From Planctomycetota bacterium (GTDB taxonomy: Bacteria; Planctomycetota; PUPC01; JACPCR01), in NCBI GenBank assembly GCA_016179685.1, contig JACPCR010000064.1, forward strand, positions 181,186-245,185: DNA of 64,000 nt, given 5' to 3'. Position numbers and translations under genes: made by a program. The notes below the pieces were generated by a model that was not told where the DNA came from, searched no databases, and saw only the letters and a program-made list of their open reading frames with translations. Positions 48,547 to 57,940 of the stretch are shown piece after piece (position 1 is the stretch's first letter; the number at the start of each line of letters is the position of its first letter).

Positions 48547-49650
48547 CTATTCGTTGTGCTCGAGGAGCACGAATTTCCGTTTCAGGCCGTTCAAACAGTC
48601 GTGGCGGAGATGCCCCTCGTGCTGAAGCCGCCCGACGACGATACCGGGAGCGATACCGAGTTGACGGGCGAAGGCCGAAATGTCCTTCTCGCTTCGGTAC
48701 TTGCCCGTGGTTACCAGCTCGTCGTACTTGGCTTGCGGGATCAGCATCTTCACCGCGAAACGGTCCGCCTCCGTTTCCTCCATGCTCTTCGGCTTCTCCT
48801 TGTCGTCGACGAAGGCGGCCCTCTTGCCGTGCAAGAGTATGTGGCCTGCCTCGTGGAAGAAGCTGAACCAGAAATGGTCGTCGCTCTTATGCCGAAGGCT
48901 GAGCATCAGGAGGGCCTTGTCCTTGCTCAGCCAGCGTGTCGCGCCGCTGAGGTGCGTGCCCGGCAACTCCGCTACGAAGACGACGGCTACGCCGGCGTCG
49001 CAACAGAGGGCCTTCATCTTCGGCTCGAAGATGGCAGGCTCCGCGTTGGTGACCGACTGAATCTCCCGTAGCGCCGCGAGGAACCGTTCTTTGTCGTAGC
49101 GCGAGCAGACAACTTCCCGCGCCCACAGCTCCCCGATCCGTAGCCACGCCGTCAGGGACTCGGGAGCGCTCTTGAATGCAGGGGAATGCCTATAGGCTAC
49201 GTTGAGACCGGCGTAGGCTTCTTGCCAGGCCTCCACGCTTCCCACACCGAAGAAAGCAAGAAGGGAGGCAACGAGCTCGGCTGGGTCATCGGTTTTGGGA
49301 ATCAACCGGCGTTCAGCAAGCTCCTTGATGGGGAACTTCCTTGCCCACGCTTCCTGGCCCTCAAGCGCGGACCGGTCGGCAGCCTTGGCCGCGTGGAGCC
49401 GGAACAGACCATCCAGGTTGTTCCAGACCGCAGCGGACACGCCAAGGACCCTCTCCAGTTGGATGGCAGTCTCCGACGTGACGTTAGCCTTTCCAGTGAT
49501 GATTTGGCTAACCGTCTTCTCGCTCAGACCGCACCGTTGGGCCAGGTCCGTCCCCTTCATGCCCTTCGCTTCCAGGGTCTCCTTCAAGATCTCTCCCGGG
49601 TGAACGGCGTAGTCGGGATGGAATTCGTTCCTATCCGTGCTAAGTGTCAT
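48547..49650 (-). CDS. HigA-like HTH (XRE family) antitoxin domain fused to ImmA/IrrE-family metallopeptidase domain
   Basis: 367-aa ORF; N-terminal HPGEILKE...LSEKTVSQIITGKANVT HTH; C-terminal FFHEAGHILLH HExxH zinc-peptidase motif (COG2856-like). Confidence 0.7.
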   Translation of the reverse strand: MTLSTDRNEFHPDYAVHPGEILKETLEAKGMKGTDLAQRCGLSEKTVSQIITGKANVTSETAIQLERVLGVSAAVWNNLDGLFRLHAAKAADRSALEGQEAWARKFPIKELAERRLIPKTDDPAELVASLLAFFGVGSVEAWQEAYAGLNVAYRHSPAFKSAPESLTAWLRIGELWAREVVCSRYDKERFLAALREIQSVTNAEPAIFEPKMKALCCDAGVAVVFVAELPGTHLSGATRWLSKDKALLMLSLRHKSDDHFWFSFFHEAGHILLHGKRAAFVDDKEKPKSMEETEADRFAVKMLIPQAKYDELVTTGKYRSEKDISAFARQLGIAPGIVVGRLQHEGHLRHDCLNGLKRKFVLLEHNE

Positions 49651-49985
49651 CGGTGGTAGTCCTCCAGGCTCAGGATGCGGATAGTGGTGATCCGGGTAAG
49701 GTCGATGCCCCCGTCAGGTTTGAGCGGCAGGTCGGCCTCAGCGGGCCCAAAAACGAGACGGAAGGGATGTTTGAGGTCAACGGCGAACTGCCCCTTCCTG
49801 TTCCCCGTCAACTCGTGTCGGCGCGTGGGCGGCACGTGGGGGACCTCGGCGAGTGTCGGGGCAGCTCGAAGGAAGGCCATGCGCTTCATGATAACCTTCC
49901 CGTTCTCTGCGCCGTACTCGCGGCATAGTGCCTTCTCGGAATTGAAGGTCTTAGCCATCTTGTCGTTCCCGAACAGGATGTTCAT
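49647..49985 (-). CDS. HigB-like (RelE/ParE superfamily) toxin
   Basis: 112-aa ORF overlapping downstream gene by 4 nt; resembles plasmid-maintenance-system-killer/HigB toxins (KALCREYG...LTGNRKGQFAVDL...FRLVF). Confidence 0.6.
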   Translation of the reverse strand: MNILFGNDKMAKTFNSEKALCREYGAENGKVIMKRMAFLRAAPTLAEVPHVPPTRRHELTGNRKGQFAVDLKHPFRLVFGPAEADLPLKPDGGIDLTRITTIRILSLEDYHR

Positions 49986-50050
49986 CCCCGCCTCATTATA
50001 ATCAGTTTACCTAAAAGGTAAAGCTTTTTCTCGCGTTCGCACCAGGAGTC

Positions 50051-51543
50051 TCAGGTGACCGACCATCGGATGGTGAAGAGATGCTCCACAGTTGTTCGCT
50101 GGGTCATTCGCTTTTCGAGCGCGGCGATGAGCGTGTCCCGCTTCGCCAGAATCTCATCTTCGAGGTCGAAAATCTTCTGCCGCTGTTTCCGCTGCTTCTG
50201 CTCCAGGTCCCGGATTTGGACCTACAACTGATGCTGCTCTTCAGTGGTGGCAGACATCCGGGCCTGCCGGTTCAGCGCCCGGATCTGCGCTTTGGTGTCC
50301 GCCAACTCCTTTTCCGCGGCCAGAACTTTATCCTCCGCCCATTTCTCCAGCCGTTCCCGCTCCTCCTGGAGGAAGCGGTTGTTCATCTCAAGGGAGCGGC
50401 TGATGGTGGCTTTGACGTGCCGCTGGGCTTCCTTGCCGAGCCGGTCTTTTATTTCCTGCGGCTGGCTTTCCAAAGGGGAAGCCTTGCCATTGCAAAGGAA
50501 AAGCTTCTCGCAGGTTTCCTGGTTCACGGGCCGGGCGGAATCGTCCAGCGCGGAGAAGAGGAGGTATTCCTCCCGGTCGAAGGATTCGATGACGAGCCGC
50601 TGAAGCACGAGCCAGCCGGAGTTGCCTTTGAGGGCCTCCACTACGGAAAGCCGGGTGGGATGGCTGGTGATATCGAAGGCGACTTCCGCGAGCGGGGTCG
50701 GGCAGGAGCGGCCTTCGCTGAGCGCGTGCTGGCCGAGCGGATGGGAGAGGCGATAGAGGAACTCGCCGGAAACGTTCTGCTGGGACTTGGAGATGAGGTG
50801 GTATCGGCCGGGCCGGACGCCATCGCAAGGGGCGGCGTGAAGGTCGAAGTGAAGCGCCTGGTCGTCAAAGCTGGCCGCGTTCCGCAGGATAAACTTGGTC
50901 AGCGCCCAGAAGAGCTTGCCGAAGCGGTCGAGCTGCTCGCGGGCGCTGTCGAGCTGCACTCTCAGGCGGGCGTGGACCTCTTCATCGAAGTGTTCGAGGA
51001 GGATGCGGCGGGTCTCGTCGATCCGGGACTTGATGGAGGATTCGAGTTCGGCGCGGAGCTGCTGGAACGCGGCTTCGATCTCGCCGGGCGTCCGGCACTG
51101 CTGATAGATGGCGAGGATGCGCTTTTCAAAGTCCACGCCGGATTCGATGGTGCCGAGGACTTCGTCCGACGCGCCGAAGACGCCCGTGAAGAGGTTGAAC
51201 TTATCCTGGAGTTCGAGCGACCACTGCTTGCGGATGGATGCCGGGCAGATGACAAGGAGTCGGCGGCGCTGCTCTGTCCAATGCTGTGGCACAGGACAAG
51301 CCCCGCCTCGATGGTCTTGCCCAAGCCGACCTCATCCGCCAGGATGACGCCTTTGGAGATGGGTGAGCGGAGGGCAAAGAGCGCGGCGTCAATCTGGTGG
51401 GGGTTGAGGTCCACGCAGGCGTCGAACAAGGACCGGGAGATGCGGTCCACTCCGGTTGTCGGCCCCTGGCGGGTCAGTTCGTAGGCATAGTAGCGGGCGT
51501 GGTAGGGAGTGCTCACGACCGGGCCAATCTCCGGGGCTATCAA
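50051..51543 (-). pseudogene. SNF2-family helicase remnant (frameshift, in-frame TAG, helicase core apparently missing)
   Basis: N-terminus in ORF 50962..51543 has SNF2 motif I (ILADEVGLGKTIEAG); continuation LVICPASIRKQW is in a different frame (ORF 50222..51292); reading continues in frame through TAG at 50222-50224 for 56 more codons; no DExH or motif VI seen. Confidence 0.5.
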
Positions 51544-51684
51544 GACAAGTGGGCCTGTTTCTGAAGCCGTGAAGGCGGCCTCCAGGACAGCATTCTATCC
51601 ATTTGTCTTTGCGCGTTCCGACCGAGACAATCCAATCGGACACAGGACGCATTTCGAACACGCCGTGTAAAAAATCCGGGCCAG

Positions 51685-52350
51685 GTGGTCCCCATTTGGA
51701 ATCGCTGGGTGCTTCAAGTGGAGATTCATCCGGCGGCTGGCCGCACCTGTCCCGCCGCGCTTCGCTCCACTCTGCGTTCCGCCCCGAATGTCATCGCGCT
51801 CGGAGCGATACGGGACCCGGAATCTCTGGCCCTTTGCCTGGAAGCTTCTCTCATGGGCCATCTGGTCCTGGCGGTTCTGCAAGTCGAAGACGCAGCGGCG
51901 GCGCTCCAGCGCATGGTTGAAATGTCGGGCGACCCACTCGTGGTGGCTGATGCAACGAAGCTGGTGGTCTCGCAGAGATTGGTGCGGAAGCTATGCACCC
52001 GATATTCCCGGGAAGAGCCGCCCGGGGATGAGCTTCTCGAGTGGGCCAGGAGCGCGGCGGAGAGCGGAGGCCTGGATTGGGCAACAGCCTCGAAACGCTT
52101 CCGCTCTGCCACGGGGTGTCCTGAGTGCATGAATACGGGATACCGTGGCCGGAACGTCATCGCCGAGGCGCTGGAGGTCACGCCCGGTATCCGGGCCGCG
52201 CTCCGTGAGAGAGCGGCGACCGGTCGTCTTCGGGCCGTGGCCATCGAACAGGGTATGATCTCCTTCAGCGCCCATGGGATTCTGAAAGCGTCGCCAGGCT
52301 TCACCACCTTGGGCGAGATCGCCCGTCACTCGGGCAGCTCATTCGTTTGA
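51685..52350 (+). pseudogene. C-terminal fragment of GspE/PilB-type secretion ATPase
   Basis: 221-aa ORF lacks Walker A/B but retains C-terminal features (PNVIALGAIRD, GHLVLAVLQVED degenerate His box, GCPECMNTGYRGR zinc-knuckle region). Confidence 0.45.
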
Positions 52351-52491
52351 GCCCCAAGAAGCAGCAGGAGGATTGCCAAGCTCCAATGCCTGCCTAGCCC
52401 GACAGCGCTGGATTTTGGCGAAAGTCGTTGGAGTGAGCGCTTGAACTTCTAGATTTCGCCTCCCTGCCATGGGGGCAGGTTCGGGAGAGGT

Positions 52492-52521
52492 CTCAGAAGT
52501 GCGGGTGCACTTTCGAGCTCG
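52492..52521. repeat. REP-like palindrome (short, imperfect), core GAAGTGC-GGGT-GCACTTT
   Basis: CTCAGAAGTGC gggt GCACTTTCGAGCTCG ~100 bp upstream of E1 gene. Confidence 0.6.
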
Positions 52522-52620
52522 TGCCCAGCACGACTTTCGCTCCCTGGCGCATTCTGCTAAGATTTGGAATAGGGGCACGCGATCGGAATCCCGAAATGGA
52601 GACTCCCTGAACCCTGCGCC

Positions 52621-54993
52621 ATGGTCCTTCAGATCGATAGCTTGCCCGTCGCCGAGCCCGGACACCTGACGTTCCGGCCCATTCCGGTCTTCCAGAATTC
52701 CTTGTCGCTCGAGCAGGCGCTCGAACGGAATCTGCTGACGCCGGCCCGCGCCCTCGAGCTGCTCGAGCAGATGCGGACTGTCCGGGCATTCGAGGAGATG
52801 ATTCTGACGTTGCGTGCGGGCGCGTACGAGCCCCTGAAGGGCTACGAGTACCGGGGTCCGACGCATCTTTCGATCGGGCAGGAGGCGACATCGGTGGGGG
52901 GCTGCGCGGCCATCGGGCCGGAGGACTACATCACCAGCACGCACCGGGGCCACGGCGACGGCATCGCCAAGGGCTTCAGCGCCATCACGGCCATGCCGGA
53001 CGAGGGTCTGCGGGCGCGGCTCGGGCTGGGGAATGCGAGTGCGGCGACTCGGCCGGAGCTGCTGGATCGGGCGCTCGAGGATCATCTCTTCCGGACGATA
53101 GCGGAGCTGTTCGGCAAGGAGGCGGGCTACTGTCGGGGCCGGGGCGGCGGCATGCACATCGCCGATTTCAGCGTGAACCATCTCGGCGCGAACGCCATCG
53201 TCGGCGGCAGCACCGGCATCGCCGCGGGGGCGGGCATCAGCAGCCGATACCGCCGGTCCGGCCAGGTGGCCCTCGCCTTCGTGGGCGATGGGGCCTATAG
53301 CAACGGCATCACGCTCGAGTCGATGAACCTCGCCAGCATGGCCCAGTTCTCGAATCCGAAGCTGACGGACCATCCCTTCGGAGTCCCCACGGTCTTCCTA
53401 ATCATCAACAACCAATATGCCATGACCGGGCAGCAGCAGGGCGAGATCAGCGGGGTGGACTACCTGGCCCGCCGAGCCGCGGGATTCGATCTCGACGGGC
53501 TGCACGCCGAGGTGATCAATGGGATGGATGTCCTGGCCGTGTTCGACAGCATTCGCCGGGCGGCCCAGCTTTGCCGAGAGGGTCATGGTCCCGTCGTCCG
53601 CGAGCTGGTGACTTACCGCTACTACGGCCATTCGCTGAGCGACCAGGGCTCGGAATATCGCCGGAAGGAAGAGGAGAAGGCATGGAAGGAGATCGATCCG
53701 ATTCCGGCCCTGGAGAAGCAGATTCTGCGGCTGGGCCTGGCGACGGAGGAAGGGTTGGCGGCGTTGCGTGCCCGCGTGCAGGCGCGGCAGGACCGCGCGG
53801 CGGTCCGCGCGGCGGAAGCGCCGGAGCCGGACGTGCGTGAGTTGACGCGCTACGTCTTCACGGAACGGCGTGAGGCGCACGTGCCCGAGCCGTTCCGCCA
53901 GGTGAAGACGCTGTCGCCCGCCGTGCGCTCCAAGCGCGACAAGGACGGCCAGATCACCTTCAAGGAGGCGGTCCGGGAGGCGCTCATGGAGGAGATGCTC
54001 CGGGACCGCCGAGTCCTCTTCTACGGCGAAGACGTCGCCGATTACGGCGGCGCATTCAAGGTCACCAAGGGCCTCCTCGAGATATTCGGCCGGGACCGCG
54101 TCTTCAATACCTCCATCTCCGAGGCCGGGATCGTGGGGACCGGCGTCGGCTGCGCCATGACGGGGCTGCGGCCCGTCGTCGAGCTCATGTATTCCGACTT
54201 CGAGTTCCAGGCGAGTGACCAAATCCACAACCAGGCCGCCAAGTGGAGCTACATGTCCGGCGGGCAGACCTCCGTTCCGCTGGTGATCCGGACCTCGCAG
54301 GGCGCGGGCAAGGGCTACGGGGGCCAGCACTCCCAGGCGCTCGAATCGCATTCCACCCATACGCCGGGCCTGAAGGTCGTCGTTCCCTCCACACCCTACG
54401 ACGCCAAGGGACTGCTCAAGACGGCCATCCGAGACGGCAACCCGGTCCTCTACGTCGAGAACCAGAGCCTCTACAACCTGAAGGGGCAGGTGCCGGAGGA
54501 GGAATACCTTGTCCCGTTCGGCGAAGCCCGCGTTCTGCGCCGCGGCCAGCACGCGACGATCGTGGCCTGGTCGCTCCTCGTGCACGAGGCCATCAAGGCC
54601 GCGGACGAGTTGGCCCGGGAATTCGAGATCAAGGTGGAGGTGATCGATCCGCGGACGCTTTGCCCGCTCGACCTCGACACCATCGTCGAATCCGTGCGAA
54701 AGACCGGGCGACTCCTGGTGGTTTCCCAGGCCTGCCGGACGGGCAGCTTTACGGGCGAGATCGCCGCCCGCGTCCAGGAAGCGGCATTCGATGACCTGGA
54801 TGCCCCGATCGCGCGCCTCGGCTCGGCTGACGGGATATCGCCCCAATCTCACGTTCTCGAAAAGGCCTACCTGCCGAACGCGACGTCCATCGTCGCCGCG
54901 GTCCGGGCGCTGACTCAAGGCCTCTCGGTGGGACAGGCACGGTCCGGCGAGCGCACAGAGCGGCTACAGGTTCACCGCTCGGCTGACACTTGA
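52621..54993 (+). CDS. thiamine-diphosphate-dependent 2-oxoacid dehydrogenase E1 component, fused alpha and beta subunits
   Basis: 790-aa ORF; N-terminal half has E1-alpha TPP-binding region (GDGAYSNG ... YRYYGHS); C-terminal half has E1-beta features (transketolase-like pyrimidine-binding and C-terminal domains). Confidence 0.8.
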   Translation: MVLQIDSLPVAEPGHLTFRPIPVFQNSLSLEQALERNLLTPARALELLEQMRTVRAFEEMILTLRAGAYEPLKGYEYRGPTHLSIGQEATSVGGCAAIGPEDYITSTHRGHGDGIAKGFSAITAMPDEGLRARLGLGNASAATRPELLDRALEDHLFRTIAELFGKEAGYCRGRGGGMHIADFSVNHLGANAIVGGSTGIAAGAGISSRYRRSGQVALAFVGDGAYSNGITLESMNLASMAQFSNPKLTDHPFGVPTVFLIINNQYAMTGQQQGEISGVDYLARRAAGFDLDGLHAEVINGMDVLAVFDSIRRAAQLCREGHGPVVRELVTYRYYGHSLSDQGSEYRRKEEEKAWKEIDPIPALEKQILRLGLATEEGLAALRARVQARQDRAAVRAAEAPEPDVRELTRYVFTERREAHVPEPFRQVKTLSPAVRSKRDKDGQITFKEAVREALMEEMLRDRRVLFYGEDVADYGGAFKVTKGLLEIFGRDRVFNTSISEAGIVGTGVGCAMTGLRPVVELMYSDFEFQASDQIHNQAAKWSYMSGGQTSVPLVIRTSQGAGKGYGGQHSQALESHSTHTPGLKVVVPSTPYDAKGLLKTAIRDGNPVLYVENQSLYNLKGQVPEEEYLVPFGEARVLRRGQHATIVAWSLLVHEAIKAADELAREFEIKVEVIDPRTLCPLDLDTIVESVRKTGRLLVVSQACRTGSFTGEIAARVQEAAFDDLDAPIARLGSADGISPQSHVLEKAYLPNATSIVAAVRALTQGLSVGQARSGERTERLQVHRSADT

Positions 54994-55206
54994 CGCGCCG
55001 TCTCTCCTTGGACGTCGCTTCTCCCGTAGGGACCTGCGGAGGACATGAGGGGGTGCGGTGGCCTCCAGCCCCGGCATCCCCGGCACCTCCCATTTCCGTC
55101 GCTGACCGGGGCGGCGCGACAAGACAGGAAAAATCCACAAAGCGAAGAAATTTCGCCGTAAGAATTTGGTGAAAAGAATGATGATTTGAGCCCTGTAGGG
55201 GCGCAA

Positions 55207-55258
55207 TAATGGTTTCGCTAGTAGACGAGTTCGCAAGTGCAGGTGCATTTGCGAACTC
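55207..55258. repeat. REP-like palindrome, core CAAGTGC-AGGT-GCATTTG
   Basis: gcTAGTAGACGAGTTCGCAAGTGC aggt GCATTTGCGAACTCGTCTACTCgg immediately upstream of DUF58 gene. Confidence 0.8.
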
Positions 55259-55267
55259 GTCTACTCG

Positions 55268-56251
55268 GTGCTCACCGCGTTGCTTCTTCCTGTGCCTACC
55301 GTTCCGAAAGAAATCCTCAAACGCGTCCGCCAGATTCAAATCCGGACGTCCCACCTCGTCAACGATGCCCTCGCTGGCGAATACGTCAGCGTCTTCCGAG
55401 GCCAGGGCATGGAGTTCCAGGAGGTCCGGGAATATCAGCCCGGGGACGAAATCCGAACCATCGATTGGAACGTCACGGCCCGCACGGGCAGGCCGTTCGT
55501 CAAGCGCTTCCGTGAGGAACGGGAGCTGACGGTCATGCTGTTGGTGGACGCCAGCTCTTCGGGCCAATTTGGCAGCCAGGGCCGGACGAAGAGCGACCTG
55601 TCCGCGGAGGTCTGCGCGGTCCTCGCCTTCAGCGCCATCAAGAACAACGATAAGGTCGGCCTCCTGATCTTCACGGACCGTGTCGAGAAATTTGTTCCGC
55701 CCAAGAAGGGCAAGCAGCACGTGCTGCGAGTCATCCGAGAGCTTCTCGCTTTTCAGCCGGAGAGCCCCCGGACGGATATTCGGCTGGCCCTCCAGTACCT
55801 GTCCCAAGTGACCACCCGACGCTGTGTGACCTTCCTCGTTTCGGATTTCATTTCCGAGGGGTACGAGAAGGCGCTGCGCATCGCCAATCGCCGGCACGAC
55901 ATCATCGCGGTCCGCGTCATCGATCCACGGGAGATGGGATTGCCCGAGCCGGAGCAGCCGCCCGCTCCCCTCCGTCTCCTGGGGCCGGCAGGCCGATGGA
56001 TTTGGGGTCTCTTCCAGCCTCCGGCCATCTTCGAGCTGGAGGACGCGGAAACGGGAGAGACCCTGCTCGTCGATACTCGGGACCCCAACACCCTGCGCGG
56101 CTTCGGCCTGCTGAGCCAGAATCAGGTCCAGCAGAGCGGGGAGTATTTCCGCTCCATCGGTGTGGATTCGATCGAAATCCGAACGGATCGGCCCTACACG
56201 GATATCCTGTTGCGCTTCTTCCGAATGCGAGAACGCCGCATGAGGGCCTGA
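55268..56251 (+). CDS. DUF58 domain protein (vWA-like; MoxR-associated family)
   Basis: 327-aa ORF starting at GTG; N-terminal LKRVRQIQIRTSHLVNDALAGEYVSVFRGQGMEF is the canonical DUF58 start region. Confidence 0.75.
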   Translation: MLTALLLPVPTVPKEILKRVRQIQIRTSHLVNDALAGEYVSVFRGQGMEFQEVREYQPGDEIRTIDWNVTARTGRPFVKRFREERELTVMLLVDASSSGQFGSQGRTKSDLSAEVCAVLAFSAIKNNDKVGLLIFTDRVEKFVPPKKGKQHVLRVIRELLAFQPESPRTDIRLALQYLSQVTTRRCVTFLVSDFISEGYEKALRIANRRHDIIAVRVIDPREMGLPEPEQPPAPLRLLGPAGRWIWGLFQPPAIFELEDAETGETLLVDTRDPNTLRGFGLLSQNQVQQSGEYFRSIGVDSIEIRTDRPYTDILLRFFRMRERRMRA

Positions 56252-56252
56252 C

Positions 56253-57644
56253 ATGGAGAAATTTCAGTACCCTGACCTGCCGCCGAGGAATCCGCCGAGG
56301 AAGCTGTTCGACCGGCGTTCCGCCTTCTTTACCGCCCTCGCCCTCCTGTTGTTTCTCGTCCTTTTCGGGATTCAGGTCTGGATGGCCCGGCGGTTGGCCC
56401 GAAGCCCGGCCCCCTTGCCGGGTCCCGCAGAGGCCCCTCCCGCAGCCAGTGGCAAGAGGTGGACCCCCGCCCTTCAGCGGCAATTCGCCCAGAAACTGGC
56501 CGCCGAGGGGCTTCGCAAAGAGGCCGCCGCCGCCTTCCGGCAATACCTCGAGCAGGCCGATGTTCCCAATGACGAAAGAGCCCGGGTGCTCTACACCCTG
56601 GCCGGCCTTCATTTCGAGGATGCCCAGTACGAGGCCGCACTCGCCGCTTTCTACCAGGCCGAGGTCGCCGGCCTCCCCGAGGACATCCGGCCTGAAGTCA
56701 ACCGCAAGGTCGTCGCCTGCCTCGAGCGCCTCGGCAAGTCCTTCTCCGCGCAGTCCGAGCTGGACCGGCGCACCGCGCTCACGCCCGGGCAGGTCCGAAG
56801 CCCCGCGGGCGACCTCGCCGTGGCCCGCATCGGCGACGAGACCGTCACCCTCGGACAGCTCCAGGATGAAATCCAGCGGCTGGAGCTGGCCCAGCCTCAG
56901 CTCGCCCAGGCCCTCCGGTCCGACCCCCGCCGCCTCGTCGAATTCCTGCGCCAGTACCTCTTCGAGAAGCTCCTGGCTCGCAAGGCCAGAAAGCTCGGCA
57001 TCGATCAGCAGCCGGACTTCCGAAAACAGATGAACGACCTGGTCGATCGCTCCCTCGCCCAGATTCTCATCCGCCAGGAAATCGAACAGAAGGTGAAGAT
57101 CGATCCCCGGGACGTCGAGCTGTACTACCAGGCCAACCGGGAGCGCTACGTGCAAAAAGGCCGGGCCAGCGTCGCCCACGTTCTTCTCGAAGACGAGGAG
57201 ACGGCCCGGAAAGTCCTTGCCCTGGCGCAGAAAGGCGGTGATTTCGCCCAGATCGCCCGGGATTACTCGAAGGACGAGGCCACCCGGTCCGAGGGCGGCC
57301 GCATCGCCCAGCCCCTCATCGAGGACTCGCCTGACGTGCCCGGGATCGGGCGCTCCGCCGAGTTCCTCAAGGCCGCGTTCTCCACGCCCGCAGGACAGGT
57401 CGGCCCCGAGATCGTCCGTTCACCCGCGGGCTTCCACGTCCTCAAGGTCCTCGAAGTCCAGCCTTCGCGCCCGATGCCGCTCGAGGAGGCCCAGCAGGCC
57501 GCCGCCCGCGACTACCAGGTCGAAAAGGCCCAGACGGTCATCCAGCGCTTGATCCAGGAGACCCTAGAAGTGGAACGCGTGCAGATATTCGAGGACAAAA
57601 TCCTCGGCCCCAAGAGCCCGCTTAAGGTGGAGGCGCCCGAATGA
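56253..57644 (+). CDS. membrane-anchored parvulin-type peptidyl-prolyl isomerase (SurA/PpiD-like) with helical N-terminal region
   Basis: 463-aa ORF; one N-terminal TM segment; C-terminal parvulin-like domain (ASVAHVLLEDEETARKV...GGDFAQIARDYSKD). Confidence 0.65.
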   Translation: MEKFQYPDLPPRNPPRKLFDRRSAFFTALALLLFLVLFGIQVWMARRLARSPAPLPGPAEAPPAASGKRWTPALQRQFAQKLAAEGLRKEAAAAFRQYLEQADVPNDERARVLYTLAGLHFEDAQYEAALAAFYQAEVAGLPEDIRPEVNRKVVACLERLGKSFSAQSELDRRTALTPGQVRSPAGDLAVARIGDETVTLGQLQDEIQRLELAQPQLAQALRSDPRRLVEFLRQYLFEKLLARKARKLGIDQQPDFRKQMNDLVDRSLAQILIRQEIEQKVKIDPRDVELYYQANRERYVQKGRASVAHVLLEDEETARKVLALAQKGGDFAQIARDYSKDEATRSEGGRIAQPLIEDSPDVPGIGRSAEFLKAAFSTPAGQVGPEIVRSPAGFHVLKVLEVQPSRPMPLEEAQQAAARDYQVEKAQTVIQRLIQETLEVERVQIFEDKILGPKSPLKVEAPE

Positions 57645-57940
57645 AAAGCCGCTCTCTTGGCGCTTTCCTGCAGCATTTCGGGACTTAAAGAATTGAGGCG
57701 CATGCTTTACGGTTTCCCCACAAGGTGGACGGTTTGCGCGCCCGGCCACGCGTGAATAAAATATTCCATAAAACGGGTTCAGAAGGTCCGCCCCAAGAAG
57801 AAAACTGTAGTCCCCGTCCCGGAAATTTGCTATCCGGAATCGGATGGAAAACCCATGGCCGAGACGGACCTCCATCGAAAGATCATGATCGACCTGCTAC
57901 ACGCGCTCCTTTGAATTAATTCTTTTTAAATCGGCAACTT

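Noticed and set aside
3563-55245. Sigma-54 promoter reading of the palindrome core (GTGCAC...CTTGC)
   Set aside because: The core gives TGCAC-N6-TTGC, not GG-N10-GC; the spacing and the GG dinucleotide do not fit, and the element is a perfect palindrome, unlike asymmetric sigma-54 promoters
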